Below the pieces are notes generated by a model that did not search any database, was not told where the DNA came from, and saw only the letters and a list, made by a program, of their open reading frames with translations. A stretch of 41,715 nucleotides of DNA, from the IMG/VR virus record IMGVR_UViG_3300050139_000325, positions 1-41,715 of that record. One strand, written 5' to 3'. The DNA is from a virus. A program made the translations under genes and the position numbers. How positions within the stretch are numbered: position 1 is the stretch's first letter; the number at the start of each line of letters is the position of its first letter. Positions 1-7,961 of this stretch are shown here, piece after piece.

Positions 1-880
1 GGTACTGTCCTAATTTGCTTCTCGCATAAGTTCAGAAAGTGACCAAAGGTGATCGGTGACACCCGCGGCCATGGCCGGAGTGACCCTTAATGAGCTATGA
101 ATCCTGACAAAATTATAATGGGCAAAATGCAGGGCAACGGCTGCCTTGAGGTTATCCAATTTCTTGCTAAAGGCATTGGTTAACCGAGTGAAGCGGCGCA
201 TCTGCATCCGCATGGTCAGGTTTTGCCTTTCGATATATGAGGTTGAAATCTTAGAAACCTTGGGATTACCGATGATAACCCTACGCTCCGCGCTAACCAC
301 GCGCGGAGGCGAATACCTACCAGCGCCAATCGGTTCCGCCTCGTACGCTTTTACCACTTGGCCGTAATCCACTTCCCTGCCAAACGTGGTTTCCACAACC
401 TCTATATATGCCTTAAGGGAGTCGCTGCTTAATTGAATCCGGTTATCCAGGCGGGAAGACAAGTCATCAATAAATGCCTGGGCATATTCAAAGGTGCGCT
501 TCCCGACTAAATATGTCGGTATCAATTTACTGTCGGCGTCCAGAGCCACCCAAACCCACTGATCGCCAAGTTCTTCGCGGTTATCGTCTTGCTTAAGGTG
601 GCGCTGCTTCTTCCCGACAAAGCACCAGATTTCGTCAACCTGGACGTTTTGGCATTTCAGGTTGTGCATGTAGGAATCCATCAGATTTTCGCAGCCCTGA
701 CCCACGCGGCACATTAGCCGCATGATGGTATCACGGTGAATCCCGGTCATCCGTTCAACTGAGCGGATTGAAGAACCTTCCACCAGGGCCGCTATCGCCG
801 CTTCCTGTTTCTCTTGCCTTAGAATGTTCATCTTACGGATTCCTATTGACTTAAGGGTAAATACTTGCTATCGTAAATGA
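1..880 (-). mobile_element. IS1-family-like insertion sequence (single transposase ORF); termini not resolved, right end approximate
   Basis: The transposase ORF fills 10-831. The left boundary is inferred from the point where the DUF1156 methylase reading frame (41074..) loses sense and stops (~41585-41601 = window 1-13). No convincing terminal inverted repeats were found by eye. Confidence 0.55.
10..831 (-). CDS. IS1-family DDE transposase
   Basis: 273-aa ORF with an N-terminal HTH (SIRSVERMTGIHRDTIMRL). Core motifs VQVDEIWCFVGKK, WVWVALDADSKL and STSYIERQNLTMRMQMRRFTRLTNAFSKK are typical of single-ORF IS1-type transposases. Confidence 0.8.
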   Translation of the reverse strand: MNILRQEKQEAAIAALVEGSSIRSVERMTGIHRDTIMRLMCRVGQGCENLMDSYMHNLKCQNVQVDEIWCFVGKKQRHLKQDDNREELGDQWVWVALDADSKLIPTYLVGKRTFEYAQAFIDDLSSRLDNRIQLSSDSLKAYIEVVETTFGREVDYGQVVKAYEAEPIGAGRYSPPRVVSAERRVIIGNPKVSKISTSYIERQNLTMRMQMRRFTRLTNAFSKKLDNLKAAVALHFAHYNFVRIHSSLRVTPAMAAGVTDHLWSLSELMREAN

Positions 881-883
881 AAG

Positions 884-1105
884 TGGAGCGCCGGGGAGTT
901 GAACCCCGCCCGGAATGGTTGTAAGGGCCTCCTGGGAACCAATCGCGCCCCGCCAGAGAATCGCCACGGTCCCGCTGCTTGAATCGCGCCAACGATTATC
1001 CACAAGCAACGGGACCTTGCTTTTTCTGGCCTCCACCGACGGCGATTTGCTGCGGTGATCGGCAGAGGCAGAAACTCTTCTCATGTTCATCACCCCCTGC
1101 TGCAT
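884..1105 (-). ncRNA. ssrA: Partial tmRNA (ssrA) 3' portion; only the tRNA-like T-arm and acceptor (884-~915) are confidently recognised, 5' extent uncertain
   Basis: The minus strand reads ...CGGGG TTCAACT CCCCG GCGCTCC A. This is a 5-bp T-stem, a TTCAACT loop (tmRNA hallmark) and an Ala-like acceptor 3' strand with U at the G3:U70 position. No matching 5' acceptor strand or tag ORF was found, and the upstream space is occupied by CDS 1108-1830. Confidence 0.55.
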
Positions 1106-1107
1106 TA

Positions 1108-1830
1108 TTAATTCTCTGGCTTTTTCTCAAGCCGATCCATCAACTTATTGATTGTATCGAGCCAGCTTTTTTGCGTCTCTTCTGTCCACTCTGGATTGAA
1201 GTCAGGTATTTTTGCCAATATGAGTTTCGCTAAGGAATTGTCTTCCGGCTGCGAAGGCGCTATATTTCCGCCTCGGCTTTCTTTGGGTAAAACCGGCGGT
1301 ATCGGCGTTTTTTGCAAAACTGGTTTGTCCTTGGGTAGCCTAACCTTAACCATCTTAGGGCGCAGACTCGGAACCTTTTTTATATGAGGGGATAACCCTA
1401 TGTCGGCAATTTTGGCAAAAGTCAGAAAAAATGCCATGCACTTTCGGAGGGTATCACCCGTTGCCCCTGTCTTTTCAAAACGCTCCCGGAATTGACTCGC
1501 AGTTGCACGGTCAAGCTGAATGCCATCTTTGAACAAGAAATCAAAACTTGATTCGAGAATCTCTTTCTGAACCTCTTGCTTTTTCGGACCCTCCGAATGG
1601 ACAAGATGCTCTAATTTCTCTGTGGGGGTTCCGTTATCTGTTATCAGACTTAGATATTCTAGAGCCTGCATGATCTGCCTTTGAAGGGCTCCTGATGTTG
1701 ACCCCATCAAACTTCGGTCAATTCGTTGTGGTATCCCACGTTTCAGGCCATCAAGAAAATTCGCAAATGTCCTATAGGGCACATATGGCGGGATCAATTT
1801 CTTAACAGTCTCTTTGGTGACCATAGCCAT
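1108..1830 (-). CDS. Hypothetical protein (240 aa), helical N-domain and Pro/Lys-rich linker
   Basis: Long ORF with RBS AGGAGGGG upstream of the ATG at 1830. No catalytic motif recognised. Confidence 0.6.
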   Translation of the reverse strand: MAMVTKETVKKLIPPYVPYRTFANFLDGLKRGIPQRIDRSLMGSTSGALQRQIMQALEYLSLITDNGTPTEKLEHLVHSEGPKKQEVQKEILESSFDFLFKDGIQLDRATASQFRERFEKTGATGDTLRKCMAFFLTFAKIADIGLSPHIKKVPSLRPKMVKVRLPKDKPVLQKTPIPPVLPKESRGGNIAPSQPEDNSLAKLILAKIPDFNPEWTEETQKSWLDTINKLMDRLEKKPEN

Positions 1831-1841
1831 CCCCTCCTGTT

Positions 1842-1890
1842 GATACCAATATTATCATATCCAGATACCAAGTCAATACCTAAAATACCA
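1842..1890. promoter_or_regulatory. Four helically phased ATACC(A/T)A boxes in a divergent intergenic region
   Basis: GATACCA at 1842-1848 and 1864-1870, AATACCT at 1874-1880, AATACCA at 1884-1890. ATACC cores start at 1843, 1865, 1876 and 1886 (spacing 22, 11, 10 bp). Confidence 0.5.
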
Positions 1891-1972
1891 AATTAATGAG
1901 TTTGGCGATTTTTTTTTGAGGTTGAATAAAGTCCGAATATAATTGGGCCATCTCATCAGGGAGGTAGCTATC

Positions 1973-2227
1973 ATGCGAGGCGATTTAGTGATTGTCAGGG
2001 CCTTTAGAGGTGTGCCTTTGCTTCGCCGTGTATGGGAAGAAGTCGAGCGTGGGGTTTATATCACTGATGATACCCACCTTGAGCGCCTGTTGGCAGGAGA
2101 GGAAAAAATCCAGCCCATAGGGTTCCCGCGGGAAGATGTATTCAGGTATGACCCTGACTTAGCAAAAGAGATGGACACTTTATACCAAGCTGGCAAATGG
2201 GATTGGACTAAACTGGTTCCCGTCTAA
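1973..2227 (+). CDS. Hypothetical small protein (84 aa from ATG 1973; the ORF track TTG at 1943 is less likely)
   Basis: RBS AGGGAGG at 1958-1964, 8 nt before ATG 1973. First gene of the plus-strand operon that leads into the R-M genes. Confidence 0.5.
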   Translation: MRGDLVIVRAFRGVPLLRRVWEEVERGVYITDDTHLERLLAGEEKIQPIGFPREDVFRYDPDLAKEMDTLYQAGKWDWTKLVPV

Positions 2228-2262
2228 AAATTTGCTAAAATCCTTTTGGGGTTGGTTTATCT

Positions 2263-2562
2263 ATGGAAGAAGATTTGAAGCAGGCTGTGGAGCGGCTGCA
2301 CCGTTGCCAGGCGTCTTTTCTGGAAGATGTGGCCGTGGTGGAGAAATTCGGGGATGAAACCGTTTGGAGTGGGGTCGTATCCGTTTTTGAGATTAAGGGC
2401 CATCCCCAGGCCGATAAATGTTATGCATGGTCATCGTCCGTAGAGGGAAGCACGAAACGGCGGTATTATGCCGTGCTGCATGTTTCTCCCATAGATTCTC
2501 CTGAGAAAGCTGTTCGGGCTTCCATCGTCTATGATTTTAAAGGCGTACAAGGAGGTGGATGA
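2263..2562 (+). CDS. Hypothetical protein (99 aa)
   Basis: ORF whose stop overlaps the methyltransferase start (GGATGATGA at 2557-2565). Confidence 0.5.
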   Translation: MEEDLKQAVERLHRCQASFLEDVAVVEKFGDETVWSGVVSVFEIKGHPQADKCYAWSSSVEGSTKRRYYAVLHVSPIDSPEKAVRASIVYDFKGVQGGG

Positions 2563-3581
2563 TGAGAGATTACAGCAACCAAAAAACTCTATTTGAGGGA
2601 AGCGATTCCTATGAACAGCTTTCCCATGCATCGTTTTTTTCGGGGATAGGGGGGTTTGACCTAGGCTTTGAACGGGCGAACCTAAAAACCGTTTTTCTGT
2701 GTGAAAAGAAAGAATTTTGCCGGCGGGTGCTCAGCCGCCATTGGCCTGAAGTGCCGCTTAAGGAGGACATTAGACATGTTGACCCAAGAGACATCCCCCC
2801 TGCCGAAATCTGGACCGCCGGCTTTCCTTGCCAAGATTTATCGCTTGCTCGAATGGGTCCGCGCTCCGGCCTCCGGGGAACTCAATCAGGACTCTTCTAC
2901 GATTTCGCGGCATTGGTGCGTGCGCGTAGCCCGAAGGTTGTTATACTCGAAAACGTGCACGGCCTTCTCACTATCCACCGAGGAAGAGACTTCGCCATCA
3001 TACTCAAGACGCTGGATGAGTTCGGGTATGGTGTGGCGTGGAGAGTGTTTAACAGCCAATATTTCGGAGTCCCCCAGTCACGTAAGCGAGTGTATGTTGC
3101 TGCCGTACATAGAGACCCAGCCGGTGCCGGACAAATACTTTTTGAGCCAGAATGCGGCAATGGGGATTCTGCGCCGAGTAGATCAGATGGGAAGAAACCT
3201 CCCAGCCTCTTTCAGACAATCCTTGGAAATCCTCGCACGGGGCCGCTCGTAAAAGCTCGGGCGCACTGCATTTATGCCGAATCGGCCCGGCATACCGGAA
3301 CGGACTGGAGCCGGAATTATGTCTGGTATCCAGAGGGGCGCGTGCGCCGATTCGTTCCGGTAGAGATAGAGCGCATTCAGGGATTCCCGGAAAACTGGAC
3401 TGATGCGCCGGTGCCTGGGAAAGAAGACAACGACAGCGTGCGGTATCATGCCGTTGGAAATTCCGTTACACCGGCAGTTTCGGAGTGGCTTGGGCACCGC
3501 ATAGCTCAATACTTTCAATCAGCCGCGCAAATGACCGAATCTGAGACCCCGCTACGGCAGGAGATATCATGCCTCAAGTAG
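2559..3581 (+). CDS. DNA (cytosine-5)-methyltransferase
   Basis: Canonical C5-MTase motifs: FSGIGGF (motif I), GFPCQDLS (motif IV, catalytic Cys), ILENVHGLL (motif VI), QSRKRVYV (motif VIII), GNSVTPAV (motif X). Confidence 0.93.
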   Translation: MMRDYSNQKTLFEGSDSYEQLSHASFFSGIGGFDLGFERANLKTVFLCEKKEFCRRVLSRHWPEVPLKEDIRHVDPRDIPPAEIWTAGFPCQDLSLARMGPRSGLRGTQSGLFYDFAALVRARSPKVVILENVHGLLTIHRGRDFAIILKTLDEFGYGVAWRVFNSQYFGVPQSRKRVYVAAVHRDPAGAGQILFEPECGNGDSAPSRSDGKKPPSLFQTILGNPRTGPLVKARAHCIYAESARHTGTDWSRNYVWYPEGRVRRFVPVEIERIQGFPENWTDAPVPGKEDNDSVRYHAVGNSVTPAVSEWLGHRIAQYFQSAAQMTESETPLRQEISCLK

Positions 3582-4573
3582 ACTTACGGTGGCGACCCAG
3601 CGGCGGCCGCGGTGAATATGAGCATGTTCCGCGGGGAGTCCTTCTTGGGCGGCAAATTGTCGTCAATGCAGTCTCGGTGCCTGGCGCATATATTACGACT
3701 GATGTATGGGGAAGAATAAAAGACGGAAAGCCCCGCATTAGACGTGAAAATCCGAATGACAGATCGCTTCTGAATGTCCATCAATTGATAGCTGCTTTAG
3801 CACTTTTGCCCGATCCGATCCGACAATATCAGGGCAACGTTGTCCTACCGCTTAGAAATAAGGGGTACGTGATTAGCGCCATTACATTTCTGGCCGAATA
3901 CGCAGACGATCAACGGGCCGTCTGCACTCCGCAGAGGCTGCGAATTTTGCATGACAACAATGAAATAGACCTTGTGGACCGGCTTACGCGCATCAGAGAT
4001 TTAGTGGCCCGAGAAGATTTGCCTGAGCCTATCCAGACCCTCGCTAACCGTTACCGGCTGCTTGTTGATAGAGGCGTTCCTGTAGCAGAGTTGCGCAGCG
4101 TTGCGGACCAACTCGCCGTACGCCTCGAAGATCATCCCTTGTTGGCCGAGGCAATTGAAGCTCCAAGCGAAGAGTTTATTGAGCATCCCGAGGAACCTCC
4201 AGAAGTTCCAATTCTAACAACCCTGACAGCCAATGAAACTACGCGGCGCTTGGTGTCTCACAACCGCATCGACCGAAGCCGAACACTCCGGACAGCAAAG
4301 GTCAGAGTATTTGAGAGAGAGCATGGCCGGATATATTGCGAGAACTGCACATTTGCTTTCGAAGAAATGTACGGGGAGCGCGGAAGGGGCGTTATAATGG
4401 TGCACCACGTTCTACCGCTAGCCGCGCTTCTGCCGAATGCTATAACTAGTCTCAGCGATCTCACACTCTTGTGTGCAAACTGTCACGCAATAGTGCATTG
4501 GAGAGAACCGTTGCTGGACATGGCGGCCTTAAGACAAATTACCCGGCAGAACCAGCAAACTGTAAGAAATTAA
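3569..4573 (+). CDS. HNH-family endonuclease, probable restriction partner of the C5-MTase
   Basis: The C-terminus CENC...HHVLPLA...LLCANCHAIVH is an HNH/zinc-finger nuclease core. The N-terminal ~240 aa are unassigned. Overlaps the MTase by 13 nt. Confidence 0.75.
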   Translation: MPQVDLRWRPSGGRGEYEHVPRGVLLGRQIVVNAVSVPGAYITTDVWGRIKDGKPRIRRENPNDRSLLNVHQLIAALALLPDPIRQYQGNVVLPLRNKGYVISAITFLAEYADDQRAVCTPQRLRILHDNNEIDLVDRLTRIRDLVAREDLPEPIQTLANRYRLLVDRGVPVAELRSVADQLAVRLEDHPLLAEAIEAPSEEFIEHPEEPPEVPILTTLTANETTRRLVSHNRIDRSRTLRTAKVRVFEREHGRIYCENCTFAFEEMYGERGRGVIMVHHVLPLAALLPNAITSLSDLTLLCANCHAIVHWREPLLDMAALRQITRQNQQTVRN

Positions 4574-4999
4574 ATGGATACAATTTCTGTCCAACGGCGC
4601 AGCGCAAACATGCGCGCCATCCGCAGTAAGAATACGGGGCCGGAAATGATTGTCCGCCGGCTTGTCTTTGCAATGGGATATCGTTACCGTTTGCACCGGA
4701 AAGACCTCCCTGGAAAACCCGATCTTGTTTTTGCGAGCCATCGAAAAGTTCTTTTCTTACACGGCTGTTTTTGGCACGGACACGATTGCAAGCGGGGATC
4801 GCGCATTCCTAAAACCAATATTGAATATTGGGAGAAGAAATTAGCTCGAAATAAGGACCGCGACGCAGAGAATGGGGCGGCTTTACAGGCTCAAGGCTGG
4901 AGCGTTCTCGTGATATGGGAATGTCAAACCAAGGATGAACCAGCCTTAAGAATCCTCTTAAAATCCTTTCTCGAACCGCAACCTGTCACTTCAAATTAG
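4574..4999 (+). CDS. vsr: Very-short-patch repair endonuclease (Vsr)
   Basis: SANMRAIRSKNTGPE, RLHRKDLPGKPDLVF, LFLHGCFWHGH and SVLVIWECQ match the Vsr family. The ATG follows the HNH gene stop directly. Confidence 0.9.
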   Translation: MDTISVQRRSANMRAIRSKNTGPEMIVRRLVFAMGYRYRLHRKDLPGKPDLVFASHRKVLFLHGCFWHGHDCKRGSRIPKTNIEYWEKKLARNKDRDAENGAALQAQGWSVLVIWECQTKDEPALRILLKSFLEPQPVTSN

Positions 5000-5091
5000 G
5001 ACACTACCCAATCATGCGCCGTAGGGTGTTTGGCGACACTTTCAAGATAGCCCGGGCTTCTTTGGGGGTCAGGAGATTCAAGGAAATTTCC

Positions 5092-5277
5092 TTAATTCAT
5101 GCTGCCGTGGCAGATGAAAATAGTGCTCATCAGCAGTTTGGGCAATGGCGCCCCCAGGCTCACCAGGAACCGGCAACGCATCAAGTATAAATCTTCCAGG
5201 AAATCCCGGGTACAGGCCCAGGTCTGGAAGGGAATATAGGAAGGAATCATTCCTTGTGGTTCAGGGTTATCCCTCAT
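5092..5277 (-). CDS. Hypothetical 61-aa ORF coupled (ATGA overlap) to the gp37-like gene
   Basis: The start overlaps the upstream stop at 5274-5277. No recognisable motif. Confidence 0.3.
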   Translation of the reverse strand: MRDNPEPQGMIPSYIPFQTWACTRDFLEDLYLMRCRFLVSLGAPLPKLLMSTIFICHGSMN

Positions 5278-6350
5278 AAGGTGGGCACCTCATCCCAGGT
5301 CCGGCCATCCAGGAGGCGGCCGGCGGCTCTCTTGCCGGTGCGGGTCATAAGGGTAGGATGAACCTGTTGATGATGTATGCCGCTGCGGTTTTCTTCCGCC
5401 AAAATTGCCTCCTTTAAAAATTCCACGGTGCGCCCGTCGTTATAAACGCAAAGGGCCTTGCTTCTAAAGTCAGACCCTTCCTGCCACTCCCCCCAGCTTT
5501 TGAAGAAGAACGGCACCCCTGCCAGCTGGCAATCATCCAGGAGTTTCCGGGGGATATCCGGGTGCATGGGCCGGCCGTGAGGGCCGGTCTCGCCGCCGCA
5601 GATGACCCAATCAAGGGTTGCCGGAAAATCAGAATGATTCACAAAACCAAAGCGATCATCCCAATAGCCGCCGTTAAGAACATCGACCTTATGCTTATTG
5701 GGCCATTGTATTTTTTCTAAATCCACCAGCCCCAGCCCCGGCTCCACGCTCACCCCGTGCAGCACCCCGGGGATCTGCAAGAGGAACGGCAGGCGGAGAT
5801 CCGCCATCTCCTGGTTTTCGGTGCTGGTCATGATCATGAGGCGCCGGGCCAGGATGCTTTGATGGTCACCGCCATTCAGCAAGATAAGATTCGGATAACA
5901 TGTCTGAAAATATTTCAAAGCTCGTTCTGGCCGTTTGGTGCAGATGATGTAAAAATGCTGAGGGTGGGTCAAAATCCTGAGCATAACCGAGGTGATAAAT
6001 TCTTCTTCCACCCCTGGATGAAACAAGTCATTCCAAAAGGTGTAGACCTGGGGCTTCCGGGCCCGGCCGATCTTGTCCAGGTCCTGCCATTGGGGGCGGA
6101 CTGTGCCGGTAAAGCGGCCGGTGGCATCGGTGAGACCGCTATAGCGGGCTTTGATCTTGGGGTTGTGCTGATAGCCGGCCCGGTGAGTCTTCTCGGCGCT
6201 CCAGCAGTGTGCGCATCCGGGGGACACCGGGGTGCAGCCGGTCACCAGGTCCAGGCCTCTATCCCACCAGCGGCCTTGGGAGAGATGGTCAAACATGGCG
6301 ATTTCTCCGGCAAACCATGCTTTTTCCCCGGCGCTTTTGTAGATCGGCAA
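5274..6350 (-). CDS. Phage Gp37/Gp68 family protein (DUF5131)
   Basis: WWDRGLDLVTGCTPVSPGCAHCW (three-Cys motif near the N-terminus) and FWNDLFH are typical of Gp37/Gp68 proteins. The alternative start ATG 6296 (MFDHLSQ) would give an ATGTTTGA overlap with the upstream ORF. Confidence 0.75.
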   Translation of the reverse strand: MPIYKSAGEKAWFAGEIAMFDHLSQGRWWDRGLDLVTGCTPVSPGCAHCWSAEKTHRAGYQHNPKIKARYSGLTDATGRFTGTVRPQWQDLDKIGRARKPQVYTFWNDLFHPGVEEEFITSVMLRILTHPQHFYIICTKRPERALKYFQTCYPNLILLNGGDHQSILARRLMIMTSTENQEMADLRLPFLLQIPGVLHGVSVEPGLGLVDLEKIQWPNKHKVDVLNGGYWDDRFGFVNHSDFPATLDWVICGGETGPHGRPMHPDIPRKLLDDCQLAGVPFFFKSWGEWQEGSDFRSKALCVYNDGRTVEFLKEAILAEENRSGIHHQQVHPTLMTRTGKRAAGRLLDGRTWDEVPTL

Positions 6351-6564
6351 GGAGTTTTTTGGTGCCCCGCTGCCAGCAGGGATCGCAAAGGGCTACCCGG
6401 TGGCCGTCGCTTTCAAAGGCGATCGTGGCCTCATTGCCGCATTTGCACCAGCCTAATTCCGGTTTCAAGGCGGGTTGATAATCCGGGATTAACTCTTCTT
6501 GACAATGGGGACATCGAAAATAATCCTCAAAATGGGCTTCGCATTCCGGACATTTGCCGCTCAT
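6289..6564 (-). CDS. Small double zinc-ribbon protein (~91 aa)
   Basis: CPEC...CPHC...CKC...CDPC cysteine pairs. RBS GAGGGG precedes ATG 6564. The longer ORF-track start at 6618 is unlikely. Confidence 0.5.
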   Translation of the reverse strand: MSGKCPECEAHFEDYFRCPHCQEELIPDYQPALKPELGWCKCGNEATIAFESDGHRVALCDPCWQRGTKKLLADLQKRRGKSMVCRRNRHV

Positions 6565-6580
6565 CAGGTTACCGCCCCTC

Positions 6581-6727
6581 TTAAAAATCGATTCCGGGCA
6601 AAGGCGCCCAAGGTGCATTGAGGATGGAGGACAAGGCCAGGGCGGCCAGGATAAAGACCAGGAAGATGAAAACGGGACCCGGCTCGCTTTCCAGCCAGAG
6701 CCACCACCGGCTCAAGATTTGGTGCAT
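6581..6727 (-). CDS. 48-aa single-TM micro-protein (tentative)
   Basis: MHQILSRWWLWLESEPGPVFIFLVFILAALALSSIL..., with RBS AGGAGA upstream. Internal start of the 132-aa ORF-track entry. Confidence 0.35.
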   Translation of the reverse strand: MHQILSRWWLWLESEPGPVFIFLVFILAALALSSILNAPWAPLPGIDF

Positions 6728-6822
6728 GGGTTTCTCCTGTGCAGGCGTTTTTTGGCTCGTTTGGCCATGGTGGCCATACCGATCCAGATCCCCAGGATCA
6801 ATCCGGCGAGGAATCCCCACAT
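6712..6822 (-). CDS. 36-aa single-TM micro-protein (tentative, below the ORF-track size cut-off)
   Basis: Own translation: MWGFLAGLILGIWIGMATMAKRAKKRLHRRNPCTKS, preceded by GGAGG (6827-6831). Confidence 0.3.
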   Translation of the reverse strand: MWGFLAGLILGIWIGMATMAKRAKKRLHRRNPCTKS

Positions 6823-6983
6823 GGGGCCTCCTTGCCGCCTTTGAGTAATCGCAACCGGTTTTTTTGGGGCGGCTCATCCCACAGGTCGATGGGGGTCGGG
6901 TCACCACCGGCCTTGGTGATGGTTTCTTGCATCTCCCGCATGATCCGCCGGACGATGGTCCCGGCTGCTTCCGGTTCACTCAT
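6798..6983 (-). CDS. Hypothetical 61-aa protein
   Basis: RBS GGGAGAAG upstream. The start overlaps the stop of the upstream 54-aa ORF (ATGAGTGA). Confidence 0.35.
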   Translation of the reverse strand: MSEPEAAGTIVRRIMREMQETITKAGGDPTPIDLWDEPPQKNRLRLLKGGKEAPCGDSSPD

Positions 6984-7140
6984 GGCTTTTCTGCTTCTCC
7001 CGAGGCAGCTCCTGATCCCGATAATGCCAGCTCAGCTCGAAGCGCAGGGCCCCCAGAATCGAGATTCCGGATGCTGACCGGAACGGCGCCGGCGGCGTAG
7101 GCCAGGCTTTCCTTTTTCCGATACATCGACTTTGCAGCAT
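6976..7140 (-). CDS. Hypothetical 54-aa protein (internal start of the 106-aa ORF-track entry)
   Basis: RBS AAAGGAAC before ATG 7140. The longer ORF would begin inside the -35 box. Confidence 0.3.
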   Translation of the reverse strand: MLQSRCIGKRKAWPTPPAPFRSASGISILGALRFELSWHYRDQELPREKQKSHE

Positions 7141-7266
7141 GGCCTGTTCCTTTAAGGGTTCCCGGCGGCGGCCAGCGCCGCCGGGGTTGAAGGTTGGGGG
7201 ATAGAAAAAACTTTTTTGTTCCCCAGGCGCTGCCGGGGGTGGGTTGATGCGCTTTGCTGAATAGGG

Positions 7267-7296
7267 ATAATACAGAAGGCTACGGATAGTTGTCAA
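7267..7296 (-). promoter_or_regulatory. Near-consensus sigma70-type promoter for the leftward gp37 operon
   Basis: The minus strand reads TTGACA (7296-7291), an 18-nt spacer, then TATTAT (7272-7267). It lies directly downstream of the terminator at 7331-7353. Confidence 0.6.
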
Positions 7297-7330
7297 GCAA
7301 AAAATATCCGCCCACGATTATTTTTTAGAA

Positions 7331-7353
7331 TAAAAAAGCGGCCCGGAGGCCGC
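7331..7353 (-). terminator. Rho-independent terminator closing the repressor / AT-rich cassette operon
   Basis: Minus strand GCGGCC-TCCG-GGCCGC (7353-7338) followed by TTTTTTA. Confidence 0.8.
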
Positions 7354-7403
7354 ATGATAGGGAGGATGCAGAGCTTTAAGTAATTTGATTCCTTCCGGCT
7401 CGC

Positions 7404-7961
7404 CTATCCAATGGTTGGTGGTGACTGTTTATTATCTAATTTCCAAAAAATGAAATAGAAATTCGTGATATTACGGATATTAAGTGCAATGACATGAAAC
7501 ATCAAAAAGATATTAATGCTAATAATTATCTTATAATAAGATATAAAGATGCCATTCATCCAAGAAAGATAATAAATGAGATTATAAGCCAGTGTGAAAA
7601 ATTCAACCAAAATCACATAAATAAAAGTAATCAAAATTAATTGATAACCATGGATAGGTTTATTCCCAATTTTTCGATCAGTTTCCATTTTGCGTAATAT
7701 TTCAAAACGTTGACCAGATTCCGAAGAGAGAATAGTAACCGCAGTAATGGAAAATCCGACGAGAATTGCTAAAAAATTAATAATATATCCAATAAATGAC
7801 CCTAATTTTTCCAGATTTATGTTAGTAAGGATAAATAAATTAACAAGGATGGCGCATATCAAGGGCATAGCTAATTCGAAATAAGCTTCATTGCGCTTTA
7901 AAGTTCTAAAATAATCAGTGATGGGGTATAGAAATTCGAGATAAAGGTCTTGAAAAATCAT
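7404..7961 (-). CDS. Four-TM membrane protein (185 aa), candidate effector of a RexB-like / Abi module
   Basis: Four hydrophobic segments: AMPLICAILVNLFILT, FIGYIINFLAILVGFSITAVTIL, YQLILITFIYVILVEFFTLAYNLIYYL, IFISYYKIIISINIFLMFHVIALNI. Strongly AT-rich, with an ATGA overlap to the upstream gene. Confidence 0.8.
   Translation of the reverse strand: MIFQDLYLEFLYPITDYFRTLKRNEAYFELAMPLICAILVNLFILTNINLEKLGSFIGYIINFLAILVGFSITAVTILSSESGQRFEILRKMETDRKIGNKPIHGYQLILITFIYVILVEFFTLAYNLIYYLSWMNGIFISYYKIIISINIFLMFHVIALNIRNITNFYFIFWKLDNKQSPPTIG

Noticed and set aside
832-884. Terminal inverted repeat of the IS matching GGTACTGTCCTAATTTGC at the left end
   Set aside because: Only a weak, gapped resemblance (TTAAGGGTAAATAC) was found, and GGTAAATACTTGC is in direct rather than inverted orientation. 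The IS ends are therefore left unresolved.
851-1105. 84-aa minus-strand ORF from the track
   Set aside because: It lies entirely on the tmRNA-like fragment, with the T-arm and acceptor at its 3' end. It has no RBS and an odd composition, so it is most likely a non-coding RNA remnant.
5757-6584. 275-aa plus-strand ORF
   Set aside because: It is antisense to the Gp37/Gp68 gene, which has recognisable family motifs. It is a shadow ORF.
6976-7296. Full-length 106-aa minus-strand ORF
   Set aside because: Its start codon would lie inside the -35 hexamer of the promoter at 7267-7296. Only the internal 54-aa version with an RBS is retained, at low confidence.
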